Shown: in pieces, positions 22,232 through 32,338 of the stretch | How positions within the stretch are numbered: position 1 is the first letter of the stretch | How the letters are laid out: each line of letters begins with the position of its first letter | NCBI GenBank assembly: GCA_032251295.1 | Contig: JAVVDS010000002.1 | Coordinates: 4,891-68,890, forward strand | Length of the DNA stretch: 64,000 bases | Reading direction: 5' to 3' | DNA from: Desulfuromonadales bacterium | GTDB taxonomy: Bacteria; Desulfobacterota; Desulfuromonadia; Desulfuromonadales; BM103 | Translations under genes and position numbers: made by a program | Notes under the pieces: model-generated | What the model saw: the letters and a program-made list of their open reading frames with translations, nothing else | Told to the model about the DNA's origin: nothing | The model's database searches: none

Positions 22232-22606
22232 ATGCCCGAGGAGCAGCCCCCTTCGTATGCGGCTCAACAGGCCGATCTGCGGCTCAATCTGCGGCGACCG
22301 CTGCTTGTCGAGCGCATCCCCTGCGAAGATACGCAGAAGACTTTTTTCGGATATGCCAAGAACCTGAGTCGCGGCGGACTGTTCGTTGCCACCCTCAAAC
22401 CGCGCCAGCCGGGTGACGAGTTCATTCTGGAGATGACCCTGCCGATCCGGGAGCCGCTGGCGCTGCGGTGCCGCTGCGAGGTGGTCTGGACCCGCAACTT
22501 CCGGCGCAAGTCACCCCTAGAGCCGGGAATGGGGCTGCGTTTCCTCGACCTGACCGAAGAGGTCGCCGCGCGCATCGATGAATGGGTGCGCGGCGAGTCG
22601 CCATAG
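22232..22606 (+). CDS. PilZ-domain protein (putative c-di-GMP receptor)
   Basis: 124 aa with an RxxxR-type motif (RLNLRRP) and a D/NxSxxG motif (NLSRGG) at PilZ-typical spacing. Confidence 0.8.
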   Translation: MPEEQPPSYAAQQADLRLNLRRPLLVERIPCEDTQKTFFGYAKNLSRGGLFVATLKPRQPGDEFILEMTLPIREPLALRCRCEVVWTRNFRRKSPLEPGMGLRFLDLTEEVAARIDEWVRGESP

Positions 22607-22687
22607 CTCGGGCGGTGGCGAGTGAAAGGGGAATTGACAGCCAGCGACCGGGAATGCTAAAAAACGTCTCGTTGCAAAACGCTATTT

Positions 22688-22702
22688 TGTCATCGAATGA
22701 CA
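22688..22702 (+). promoter_or_regulatory. 6-3-6 inverted repeat (operator-like) between a sigma-70-like promoter and the rubrerythrin-like gene
   Basis: TGTCAT-cga-ATGACA lies 23 nt upstream of the ATG at 22725. Upstream are TTGACA (22634-22639) and an A-rich -10-like TAAAAA (22658-22663, 18-nt spacer). Confidence 0.4.
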
Positions 22703-22724
22703 TCACCCTTTAAGGAGTAGAACA

Positions 22725-23222
22725 ATGCCCCAGGAATTCAATCTGAAACAGGCGATCAGGCAGGCCGTCCAGACCGAGAAAGACGTCATGGATTTCTACA
22801 CAAAGGCGGCCGCCTTGACCAACAACGCACGCGGCAAGCAGGTGTTCGAGCAGCTCGCTCGCGAGGAGCGCGAGCATGCCAGCCACTTCTTCAAGATCTA
22901 TCCGGACGATGATCTCGGCACCTTTGAGGAGTTCATGGCCCGGCCGCCGAGCATGGAGCATGCCATGCTGCGTCAGCTGGAGAAAGCTCTGAACGAAAAT
23001 GTTCACGAACGCAAGGCGATGGAGCTGGCGCTCAAGGAAGAAGAGGATCTGGCAAAAACCTTGCGCCAGACCGCGGCCAACATCATCGATCCGGCCGCAC
23101 GCGCGGTCTTCGAACGGATGGCGGAAGAGACGGAAAACCATTTCGCGCTGGTCGAATCGGAATACGCTCACCTGATGGGGATGGTTCATGAAACTGACAT
23201 CGATACGTTTGTTCGTGAATAG
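22725..23222 (+). CDS. Rubrerythrin-family ferritin-like di-iron protein with no rubredoxin domain
   Basis: 165 aa, a four-helix-bundle-type sequence with two E...ExxH sets (QTEKD...EEREH and KEEED...ESEYAH). It is preceded by AAGGAG. Confidence 0.75.
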   Translation: MPQEFNLKQAIRQAVQTEKDVMDFYTKAAALTNNARGKQVFEQLAREEREHASHFFKIYPDDDLGTFEEFMARPPSMEHAMLRQLEKALNENVHERKAMELALKEEEDLAKTLRQTAANIIDPAARAVFERMAEETENHFALVESEYAHLMGMVHETDIDTFVRE

Positions 23223-23532
23223 GAAGGTTGCTCTGCTGGCGCTTGTCGCCGTCGGCATCTTGAGTCTGCCGGTCGTACTGTGGGCGGCGGCCGATCCGGC
23301 CGACCCGCATCGCATGATCGCTAACAGTGAGCTTCAGGAGACAATCGAGGGACGTTGTACCGCCTGTCACAGTCGTGACCGGGTCGATCAGGCACTCGAC
23401 CAGGGCGAGGACCTCGAGACTCTGTTGCAGAAGATGATCGAGCGCGGCGCGGTTCTCAATGAGCGTGATCGCAGTGTGCTCGGCACTTTCTGGGGTTCGC
23501 CGGTCAGCGGTGACCGGCAGCCTGGCAACTAG
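23188..23532 (+). CDS. Small secreted protein with one CxxCH haem c-binding motif (monohaem cytochrome c-like)
   Basis: 114 aa with a signal-peptide-like N terminus (NRKVALLALVAVGILSLPVVLWAAA) and CTACH. It overlaps the upstream gene by 35 nt, or by 8 nt if the GTG at 23215 is the real start. Confidence 0.6.
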   Translation: MKLTSIRLFVNRKVALLALVAVGILSLPVVLWAAADPADPHRMIANSELQETIEGRCTACHSRDRVDQALDQGEDLETLLQKMIERGAVLNERDRSVLGTFWGSPVSGDRQPGN

Positions 23533-23556
23533 TCAGATCCGCTGTTTCTGCTTTGT

Positions 23557-23590
23557 GCGCCCTCGCCGGTTCCGGTTGAGGGCGCTTTTT
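23557..23590 (+). terminator. Intrinsic terminator after the cytochrome c-like gene
   Basis: GCGCCCTC-(13-nt loop)-GAGGGCGC followed by TTTTT (23586-23590), 25 nt after the stop codon. Confidence 0.6.
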
Positions 23591-23670
23591 GTCTCGGCAC
23601 AGCGGCGACCTGTCTGGCAGCAAGAGACCGTTAAGCCGCCGGCTTTTCCCTGGGGCTTATGCGGAGCCAC

Positions 23671-23710
23671 ACAAAAGGCGGCGGCACCCGGCCTGTTGCC
23701 GGGTGCCGCC
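23671..23710 (-). terminator. Intrinsic terminator of rnpB
   Basis: On the minus strand GGCGGCACCCGGC-aacag-GCCGGGTGCCGCC forms a 13-bp stem (23680-23710), followed by GCCTTTTGT, a few nt past the 3' strand of RNase P helix P1. Confidence 0.65.
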
Positions 23711-23718
23711 TTGCGAGT

Positions 23719-24190
23719 GTGGTCGGAGAGAACCGTAAGCCGGGTTCTGTTCCCCGCCGCAGTTGCCCGCGACGGGGTGGCGATCATTCCTCTAGGACCG
23801 CCGTTGCCGACGGCCTCCAGCGACCTGACCCGGGAGCCTCGGGCGGGCCGCCCTTAAACGCTCCCCTATTCGGTCTTGCTCCGGATGGGGTTTACCGAGC
23901 TGCCGGTGTCACCACCGGCACTGGTGAGCTCTTACCTCACCCTTTCACCCTTATTCCTCGTTCGCACCGCAAGCGGCGCCACGGCGACAGGCCGTATAAG
24001 CAACAACGGCTTGTGCGACGTAGCTTTGGCGAAGTCGAAACGGTCTTCTCTCTGTGGCACTTTCCCTGGGGTCGCCCCCGGTCCCCGTTAGGGACCATCC
24101 TGCCCTGCGGAGCCCGGACTTTCCTCCCCCCACCTTCGCACCCCTGCGGGCTGCTGCGACGGGCGGCGATCGCCTGGTTGTCTCCGACCA
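23719..24190 (-). ncRNA. rnpB: RNase P RNA, bacterial type A (boundaries +/- 5 nt)
   Basis: The minus strand contains the universally conserved blocks GGAGGAAAGTCCGGGCTCC, ACAGAGAGAAGA (aligning with the E. coli ACAGAGAGCA block), GGGTGAAAGGGTGAGGTAAGAGCTCACC, GGTAAACCCCATCCGGAGCAAGACCGAATAGGGG and ACAGAACCCGGCTTA. A P1 helix pairs GGTCGGAGACAACC (5') with GGTTCTCTCCGACC (3'). Confidence 0.93.
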
Positions 24191-24204
24191 CGTGACTCTG
24201 TTAC

Positions 24205-24915
24205 TCAGCCTGGATTCTCGACATACAGCAGCCGGTTGCAATGCGGACAGGACTGGACCTCGCTGGCAACATACAGGCTGTTGAACTGCTGCGGTGGCAG
24301 GTGCATGTTGCAGCCGAGACAGGCGCCGCCCCTGGCTTCAACGACTGCGATGCCGCCGCGCCGGCTCAGAAGCAGTTCATACCGCTTGCGCAGTGCCGTC
24401 GGCAGCTGGCCGAGCAGGGCGCCGCGCCGCTCGACCATCGTCGTCAGCTCGCCGTCGAGTTCGCCAAGCCTGGCCTCGATGGCGTCGCGCTGCTCGCTAC
24501 AGGCATCCTGAACCGTCTGCAGCTCGCCCGCTTTCTCGTCGCGGTCGGCCTGCAGCGCGTCGATCTCCTGCTTGTTGGCGGCGATCTGTTCTTCCAGCTC
24601 CTTGGCGAGCTTCTTCGCCGTATCGATCTCCTTGAGGACCGCCACATACTCTTTCTGGGTCTTGATCTGCGGCAGTCGCGCTTCGGCCCGGCCGATATTG
24701 TCCTGTTCCTTGGTCAGACTCAGCTTCAGCTCGCTGTGAGCCGCTTCGATCTCCTGGGTCTGGCCGTCGAGGGTGTCGACCATCTGCTGCAGGCGATCGA
24801 CTTCGACCTGCAGCGCCGCCATCTCTTGTGACTGCTGTTGTCGCTGCTGATCAATATCGAGCTTTTTCTGGTCCAATGCCTGCAGATCTCTCAGCAACTG
24901 CAACTGTTCCTGCAC
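24205..24915 (-). CDS. COG1579-type coiled-coil protein with a C-terminal C4 zinc ribbon
   Basis: 236 aa with long heptad-like Q/E/L-rich coiled coils and terminal CLGCNMHLPPQ...CPHCNRLLY. The start is set at the GTG at 24915, which is preceded by GGGAGG. It lies directly downstream of the Nif3 gene. Confidence 0.8.
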   Translation of the reverse strand: MQEQLQLLRDLQALDQKKLDIDQQRQQQSQEMAALQVEVDRLQQMVDTLDGQTQEIEAAHSELKLSLTKEQDNIGRAEARLPQIKTQKEYVAVLKEIDTAKKLAKELEEQIAANKQEIDALQADRDEKAGELQTVQDACSEQRDAIEARLGELDGELTTMVERRGALLGQLPTALRKRYELLLSRRGGIAVVEARGGACLGCNMHLPPQQFNSLYVASEVQSCPHCNRLLYVENPG

Positions 24916-24978
24916 GATGATGCCTCCCTTGGTTCGGTGTGTGCCAGGCGCAGCCCGCAAGCGGACCATGCCCGAGGG

Positions 24979-26100
24979 TCAAAGGATCCGGAACGGATCC
25001 GTCTCTTCAGTATACGCCTGAAATTCGAGCTGCCAACCCTTCTGCACCGCTGCCGGCTGCAGTGCGTCACGCAGGTGCGTGACCATCAGCCGCTCGGTGG
25101 CGAAGTGGCCGGCGTCGATGAGCGCCAGGCCGAGTTCTTCGGCGCGGCGCGCTTCGTGATATTTGAGGTCGCCGGTGACCAGCAGGTCGGCCCCCTGGAA
25201 ACGGGCGGCGGCCAGGCATTCGGCACCGCTGCCGCCGCAGACGGCGACCTTGCCGATCGTCCGCTCCGGAGCTCCGACCAGGCGCAGGTGGGAGCAACCG
25301 AGGGTGGTTTTGACCTGCGCGGCAAAGGCGGCGAGGTCAATTTCGGCCGGGAGAAGACCGATCCGGCCCAAACCGGCCGCCGGCACCTGGTTGGCCAACG
25401 GAATCAGATCGTAGGCGACTTCCTCGTAGGGGTGTGCCCGCCGCATCTTCTCCAGGCAACGCGTCAGGCGGTTCTTCGGCAGGATCGTTTCGAGACGGAT
25501 CTCGGTGACCCGCTCGGTCTGACCGATCGTGCCGAGATACGGCGTGGTGCCGGCTTGCGGGCGGAAGCTGCCGGTTCCTGTGGTGCGGAAGGCGCACTGG
25601 TCGTAGGCGCCGATCTGCCCGGCACCTCCGGCGAACAGCGCCGCGGCGACCGCCTCGGCATGGTTTTCCGGGACGAAGACCACCAGTTTCAGGTAGTCGC
25701 CCGCGGCCGGCAGCAACGGCACGCTGTCGACCAGCCCGAGGGTGTCGGCCAGCCAGCGGTTCAGGCCATTGGCGGCCCGGTCGAGGTTGGTGTGCAGGCT
25801 GATGACGGCGACGCTGTGTTCAATGGCCGCCCAGACGGTCTGACCAACGGCATCTTCGGGAGTCAGGCGGGAGAGCGGACGGAACAGCAGGGGGTGGTGG
25901 CAGAGCAGAACCTGGGCGCCGGAGCGGCCGGCCGCGGCGACCGCCGCCGGGGTCGGGTCGAGGGCGATCAGAACCCGCTCCACGCCTCCCTGCGGGTCGC
26001 CGACCTGCAGTCCGACATTGTCCCACGTTTCGGCCAGCGTCGGCGGGTAGAGACCGTTGAGCAGGCCGAGCAGATCCTGCAGCCGGACCTTGCTAGCCAT
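24979..26100 (-). CDS. Nif3-family dinuclear metal-centre protein (GTP cyclohydrolase I type 2 homolog), long form with an inserted domain
   Basis: 373 aa with an N terminus LYPPTLAETWDNVGLQVGD, then LLCHHPLLFRPL, and a C terminus LLVTGDLKYHEARRAEELGLALIDAGHFATE. The start is set at the ATG at 26100. Confidence 0.9.
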   Translation of the reverse strand: MASKVRLQDLLGLLNGLYPPTLAETWDNVGLQVGDPQGGVERVLIALDPTPAAVAAAGRSGAQVLLCHHPLLFRPLSRLTPEDAVGQTVWAAIEHSVAVISLHTNLDRAANGLNRWLADTLGLVDSVPLLPAAGDYLKLVVFVPENHAEAVAAALFAGGAGQIGAYDQCAFRTTGTGSFRPQAGTTPYLGTIGQTERVTEIRLETILPKNRLTRCLEKMRRAHPYEEVAYDLIPLANQVPAAGLGRIGLLPAEIDLAAFAAQVKTTLGCSHLRLVGAPERTIGKVAVCGGSGAECLAAARFQGADLLVTGDLKYHEARRAEELGLALIDAGHFATERLMVTHLRDALQPAAVQKGWQLEFQAYTEETDPFRIL

Positions 26101-26202
26101 GGTGTCCCCTTGAAAAACGGAATGCCCCCTGTCTGCGGGGGCACTTCGTCGAGGGATTGTGGTCCGGTCGTCTCGCGAGTGGGACGGCCGGTACCGTCGA
26201 GG

Positions 26203-26278
26203 TGGTGGGCCCACCAGGGTTCGAACCTGGGACCGACCGGTTATGAGCCGGCGGCTCTTCCAGCTGAGCTATGGGCCC
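26203..26278 (-). tRNA. tRNA with anticodon CAT: elongator tRNA-Met or lysidine-dependent tRNA-Ile2
   Basis: The 76-nt cloverleaf reads GGGCCCA-TA-GCTC-AGCTGGAA-GAGC-C-GCCGG-CTCATAA-CCGGT-CGGTC-CCAGG-TTCGAAC-CCTGG-TGGGCCC-A-CCA. CCA is encoded. The G1:C72 pair excludes an initiator tRNA. Confidence 0.93.
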
Positions 26279-26322
26279 GCATGCCGCGCTGCGGAAATCG
26301 TCTGGTTGATAGTCGGTCAATG

Positions 26323-28077
<1,755 letters not shown>

Positions 28078-28163
28078 TGATACTCCCTCTGATCATTTGC
28101 CCGCGGACAAAAAAGTCCACAGTATCAGACAATCGGTCCATTATAGAGAACTCAATGATTTTT

Positions 28164-29966
28164 TCAAGGATTTTTCTTGAGCGAGCTGTTGATTTGCAGG
28201 CGCTCGGTCAGGCAGGCGTGTAACGCCTCGTCGTCGCCACGCTGCCGGGCGTCCTGTTCGGCCTGGCCGAGTTCGTGGAGCCGGCTCTTCAGCAGATCGC
28301 GCTCAACGGCGCGGCGGCAGTCGACGAAAATCCGCTCGGCACTCCCCTCCCAGGCTACCGTATCCTCCCTGAGCAGCAGACCGGCGAGCAGCGGCTGCAG
28401 GGTCTCGTCGAGACGGTCGCCGAGACGGTCGATATCGAGGGTGCCGCTGGCGTCCTGCCGGTCGAGCAGATACTCGGCGAGGGCTCGATAGTCGGCGTCG
28501 CGAAACAGCGTCGCTGTGCCGGCCTGACGAACCTGCCGGCGAATCGCCGGGTCGTCGAGCAGCATCAGCTGCAACAGGAACTGTTGGCTGCGGCGGACAC
28601 CGTCCGGCGTGGCCGGACGGGCCGTGGCGGTCCGGGCGGCAGCCGCAGCCGGTCGCGACGGCCGTTCGGCCGCGGCGCTCGTGCCGATGCGGCTGCGCAG
28701 CAGGCCTTCATCGAGACCGGTCGCTTCGGCCAGCCGCTTGCGGTACAGATCGCGCTGCAGTTCGTTGGGCAGGCGGCGGATACGGGTCAGAACCTCTTCG
28801 GCAGCGCGAACGCGCCCTTCGACACTCGCCGGCTGCCCGGCGAGCTGCGCGTCGAGAAAGACATCGAGAACCGGTCTGGCGCTCTGCAGGCAGTCGCGGA
28901 AACGGTCGACACCCTCCTCCAGGATCAGCGAATCGGGATCGGCACCGCCTGGCATGTTGACGGTCACGACGTCCAGCCCGCCGGGGAGCAGGACGTCCAT
29001 GGCGCGGAAGGTCGCCTGGCGGCCGGCGGCATCCTGATCAAACACCAGCAGCACCCGATCGGCGAACCGCTTCAGCAGCCGGGCGTGCTCGGCGGTCAGG
29101 GCGGTGCCGCAGGTCGCCACACAGTTGGCGAAGCCGGCCCGGTGCAGGGCGAGCACATCGAAATAGCCCTCGACCACCAGCACATCGCCTGCCTGGCGCA
29201 TCGCCTCCTTCGCCTGGTAGAGGCCGTACAGGGTCTGTCCCTTGTGATAGATCGGCGATTCCGGCGAGTTGATGTATTTGGGCAGGCTGGCGTCGAGCAC
29301 CCGGCCGCCGAAAGCGACCACCCGGCCCTGGGGGTCGTGGATCGGGAAGAGCAGCCGGTTGCGAAACAGATCGTAGTCGCCACGCTCCTGCCGGCCGGAG
29401 CGGGTCAGCCCGCTGCGCTGAACATCGGCGGCGGCAAACCCCTGGGTCGCGAGAAACGCGGTGAGGGTACTCCAGGCGTCGGGCGCGAAGCCGAGGTCGA
29501 AGGCGCGCACGGTGTCGCCGTCGTAACCCCGCTGGCGCAGGTAGCGCCGCCCCGCCGCACCGGAAGGCGCCTGCAGCAGCTGATCCCGGTAGAATTCGGC
29601 GGCCACACTGTTGATGCGGAACAGCACCTCGCGCTGGTCGCGCTCCTGGCGCTGCTGCGGGGTCAGCTCCTCTTCGACGATCTCGATACCGACCTGCTCG
29701 GCCAGCCGGCGGACCGCCTCGGGGAAGGAGAGCCCTTCCATGCGCATCAGAAAAGAGAAGACGTTACCGCCGACGCCACAGCCGAAACAGTGAAAGATCT
29801 GCCGGGGCGGATTCACATTGAAGGACGGGCTCTTCTCCTGGTGAAACGGGCAGAGCCCCTGGAAGTTGGCGCCCGACTTCTTCAGCGGCAGATAGCGGCC
29901 GATCAGTTCGACGATATCGGTCCGCTCACGGATTTCGCGGATTTTGTCCTCGTCGATCAGTCCCAT
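28164..29966 (-). CDS. dnaG: DNA primase
   Basis: 600 aa with a zinc-binding region (CPFHQEKSPSFNVNPPRQIFHCFGCGVGGN) and a TOPRIM domain (LVVEGYFDVLALHRAGF, VLLVFDQDAAGRQA). It sits upstream of rpoD as in the macromolecular-synthesis operon. Confidence 0.96.
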   Translation of the reverse strand: MGLIDEDKIREIRERTDIVELIGRYLPLKKSGANFQGLCPFHQEKSPSFNVNPPRQIFHCFGCGVGGNVFSFLMRMEGLSFPEAVRRLAEQVGIEIVEEELTPQQRQERDQREVLFRINSVAAEFYRDQLLQAPSGAAGRRYLRQRGYDGDTVRAFDLGFAPDAWSTLTAFLATQGFAAADVQRSGLTRSGRQERGDYDLFRNRLLFPIHDPQGRVVAFGGRVLDASLPKYINSPESPIYHKGQTLYGLYQAKEAMRQAGDVLVVEGYFDVLALHRAGFANCVATCGTALTAEHARLLKRFADRVLLVFDQDAAGRQATFRAMDVLLPGGLDVVTVNMPGGADPDSLILEEGVDRFRDCLQSARPVLDVFLDAQLAGQPASVEGRVRAAEEVLTRIRRLPNELQRDLYRKRLAEATGLDEGLLRSRIGTSAAAERPSRPAAAAARTATARPATPDGVRRSQQFLLQLMLLDDPAIRRQVRQAGTATLFRDADYRALAEYLLDRQDASGTLDIDRLGDRLDETLQPLLAGLLLREDTVAWEGSAERIFVDCRRAVERDLLKSRLHELGQAEQDARQRGDDEALHACLTERLQINSSLKKNP

Positions 29967-32338
29967 CAGTGCCGGATCTCCACCACGGTGATGTTGTCGC
30001 CGCCCTGAGCGACATCGGCGGCCTGGAAACTGGCAACGTCGCGCCGGGCGGCGAGCTGTTCGCGGATCGCCCGCCGCAGGATCCCCTGCCCCGCGCCGTG
30101 CACGACCTCAAGCTGGAGCTGATTGTGCAGCAGGGCGTCATCGAGAAAACGCTCCAGCAGCAGCTGTGCCTCGTCGACTCGCTTGCCGACCAGCACCAGG
30201 CGCGGGCGAAACGCCTGGCGCTCGACTCGGTCGCGGATCTTCGCCGGCCGTAGCTGGCGCTCGACAAAGCGCCGCGGCTGGTACTGGCGCAGGGCGGCCA
30301 GGGGCTGGCGCATGCGTTTGCCGCCGATATCGAGTTCGACCTGACGACCCGTGCTCCGCACCACCAGGCCGTCGACGCCGAGGGCGGGGACATAGAGCCG
30401 CTCGTTGACCGTCACTTCGGTCGGTACCCGCTCCGGGCCGGTCGCGGACGGCGCCGGCAACCCCTGCTTCAGGCCGCGCAGTTCGCCGGTCAGGCGCGCC
30501 TGCTCGCTCGCCGTGACGCGTCGTCCCGGCCGGGCGTCGGCGAACAGGTCGCGCAGGCGGGCCTCGGCCCGCGTCAGCAGTTCGACCCCCTGGCGGCGGG
30601 TCTCTTCGAGAATTGCGGCGCGCCGCTGCTCCAGCTCCTCGCGCAGCCGGCGGCGCTGGTCGCGCTCCTGCTCCGCCTCGCGGCGTAGCTGACCGGCGCT
30701 GTCGAGCTCCTCTTCCAGGGCGATGCGCAGGCTCTGCAGGCGCTCGATGATCTCCTCGCCGGAGCGCTGGTTCTGGCCGAGATAGTCGGCAGCCCGCAGC
30801 AGCAGCGCCTCGGGGAGGCCGAGGCGACTGGCGATGGTGAAGGCGTGGCTCGCCCCGGGAATGCCGTACTGCAGGCGATAGGTCGGCTGCAGAGTGTCCG
30901 GGTCGAATTCGACGGCGGCATTGTCGACGCCGTCCTCGAGCTGGGCGTAGCCCTTGATGATATGCAGGTGTGTGGTCGCCATCACCCGGGCGCGTGCCTG
31001 ACGCAGCAGGTCGAGGAACGCCATGGCCAGCGCCGCCCCCTCGTTCGGGTCGGTGCCGGTGCCGAGCTCATCGAGCAGCACCAGGGCGTGCGGCCCGGCC
31101 TGTTCGAGAATCGACTTCATGCGCGCCAGATGCCCGGAGAAGGTCGACAGACTCTGTTCGATGCTCTGTTCGTCGCCGATATCGGCGAGCACCGGGGCGA
31201 ACGGAAACAGCCGGCTCCCCGGTGCGCACGGGATCGGCAGGCCGGCGCGGACCATCAGCACCAGCAGCCCGGCGGTCTTCAGAGCGACGGTCTTGCCGCC
31301 AGTGTTCGGGCCGCTGATGATCAGCGCCGACTGTCCGGCACCGAGACGGATATCGACCGGCACCGCTGCCGGCTGCGGCGGCTCGGCGAGAAGCAGCAGC
31401 GGGTGGCGGGCTGCGCTCAGTTCCAGCAGGGGCTCATCGGCCAGCTCCGGGACGACCGCGTCGAGATCGAGACTCAGGCGGGCGCCCGCCTGGCGCAGGT
31501 CGAGCCGGGCGAGGATCTCCTGATTGGCGAGGAGCCTCTCTCGCACCGACCGCACCATACCGGTGAGCCGGGTCAGGATGCGCCGGATCTCCCGTTCGAT
31601 GCCACGTTCCAGGGACTGAATCCGGTTGTTGCCGTCGAGGGCGCCGGCCGGTTCGATGAACAGGGTCTGGCCGCTGGCCGAGACGTCGTGAATGAATCCC
31701 TTGAGCCGGCCGCTATGGTCGGCGCGCACCGGCACCACGTAGCGGCCGTTGCGATCGGTCACCAGGCTGTCCTGGAAGACACCGGACAGCTCGTCGCTGC
31801 CGAGCAGCCGTTCGAGCTGCTGCCGGACCCGGCTCCGCTCGCGCTGCAGCTGCCGCCGCAGGTCGGCGAGTTCGGCGGAGGCGCTGTCAAGAATCTCGTC
31901 GCGCGGGCCGATGCAGCGGCCGATGGCGCCGGCCAGCTCCGGCAGGGGGGTCAGTCCAACGGCCAGACGGCCGAGGGACGGTGCCCGTTCCTGGTCGCGC
32001 AGCAGAGTGCGGCAAGCGGCGGCCGCGGTGACGACGGCCGCAATGTCGCGCAGCTGTTCCGCTTCGAGGAGCAGCCCCTCGACCTGCAGCCCGACCAGAG
32101 GCTCGCGCAGATCAGCGCCACAGCCGACCGGCAGCGGACCGTGCTCGACGAGCAGGGCGATCGCCTCCCGGGTCTGCTGCAGCGCCTCGCTGATTGCCGC
32201 CTTCTGCCGCTGCGGGCGCAGGGCGAGGGCCAGGTCACGGCCGTAAGGCGTCTGGGTGCGCCCGGCCAGGGCGGCGACCACGCTAGCGAATTCGAGCCGG
32301 TGCAGACTCTCGGCGCGGTCGCTCGCCGACGCGGTCAT
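29966..32338 (-). CDS. mutS2: Endonuclease MutS2 (MutS domain plus C-terminal Smr domain)
   Basis: 790 aa with Walker A (ISGPNTGGKT), the MutS ATPase core (VLLDELGTGTDPNEGAALA) and a C-terminal Smr (QLQLEVVHGAGQGILRRAIREQL). Its stop overlaps the dnaG ATG by 1 nt. Confidence 0.93.
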   Translation of the reverse strand: MTASASDRAESLHRLEFASVVAALAGRTQTPYGRDLALALRPQRQKAAISEALQQTREAIALLVEHGPLPVGCGADLREPLVGLQVEGLLLEAEQLRDIAAVVTAAAACRTLLRDQERAPSLGRLAVGLTPLPELAGAIGRCIGPRDEILDSASAELADLRRQLQRERSRVRQQLERLLGSDELSGVFQDSLVTDRNGRYVVPVRADHSGRLKGFIHDVSASGQTLFIEPAGALDGNNRIQSLERGIEREIRRILTRLTGMVRSVRERLLANQEILARLDLRQAGARLSLDLDAVVPELADEPLLELSAARHPLLLLAEPPQPAAVPVDIRLGAGQSALIISGPNTGGKTVALKTAGLLVLMVRAGLPIPCAPGSRLFPFAPVLADIGDEQSIEQSLSTFSGHLARMKSILEQAGPHALVLLDELGTGTDPNEGAALAMAFLDLLRQARARVMATTHLHIIKGYAQLEDGVDNAAVEFDPDTLQPTYRLQYGIPGASHAFTIASRLGLPEALLLRAADYLGQNQRSGEEIIERLQSLRIALEEELDSAGQLRREAEQERDQRRRLREELEQRRAAILEETRRQGVELLTRAEARLRDLFADARPGRRVTASEQARLTGELRGLKQGLPAPSATGPERVPTEVTVNERLYVPALGVDGLVVRSTGRQVELDIGGKRMRQPLAALRQYQPRRFVERQLRPAKIRDRVERQAFRPRLVLVGKRVDEAQLLLERFLDDALLHNQLQLEVVHGAGQGILRRAIREQLAARRDVASFQAADVAQGGDNITVVEIRH

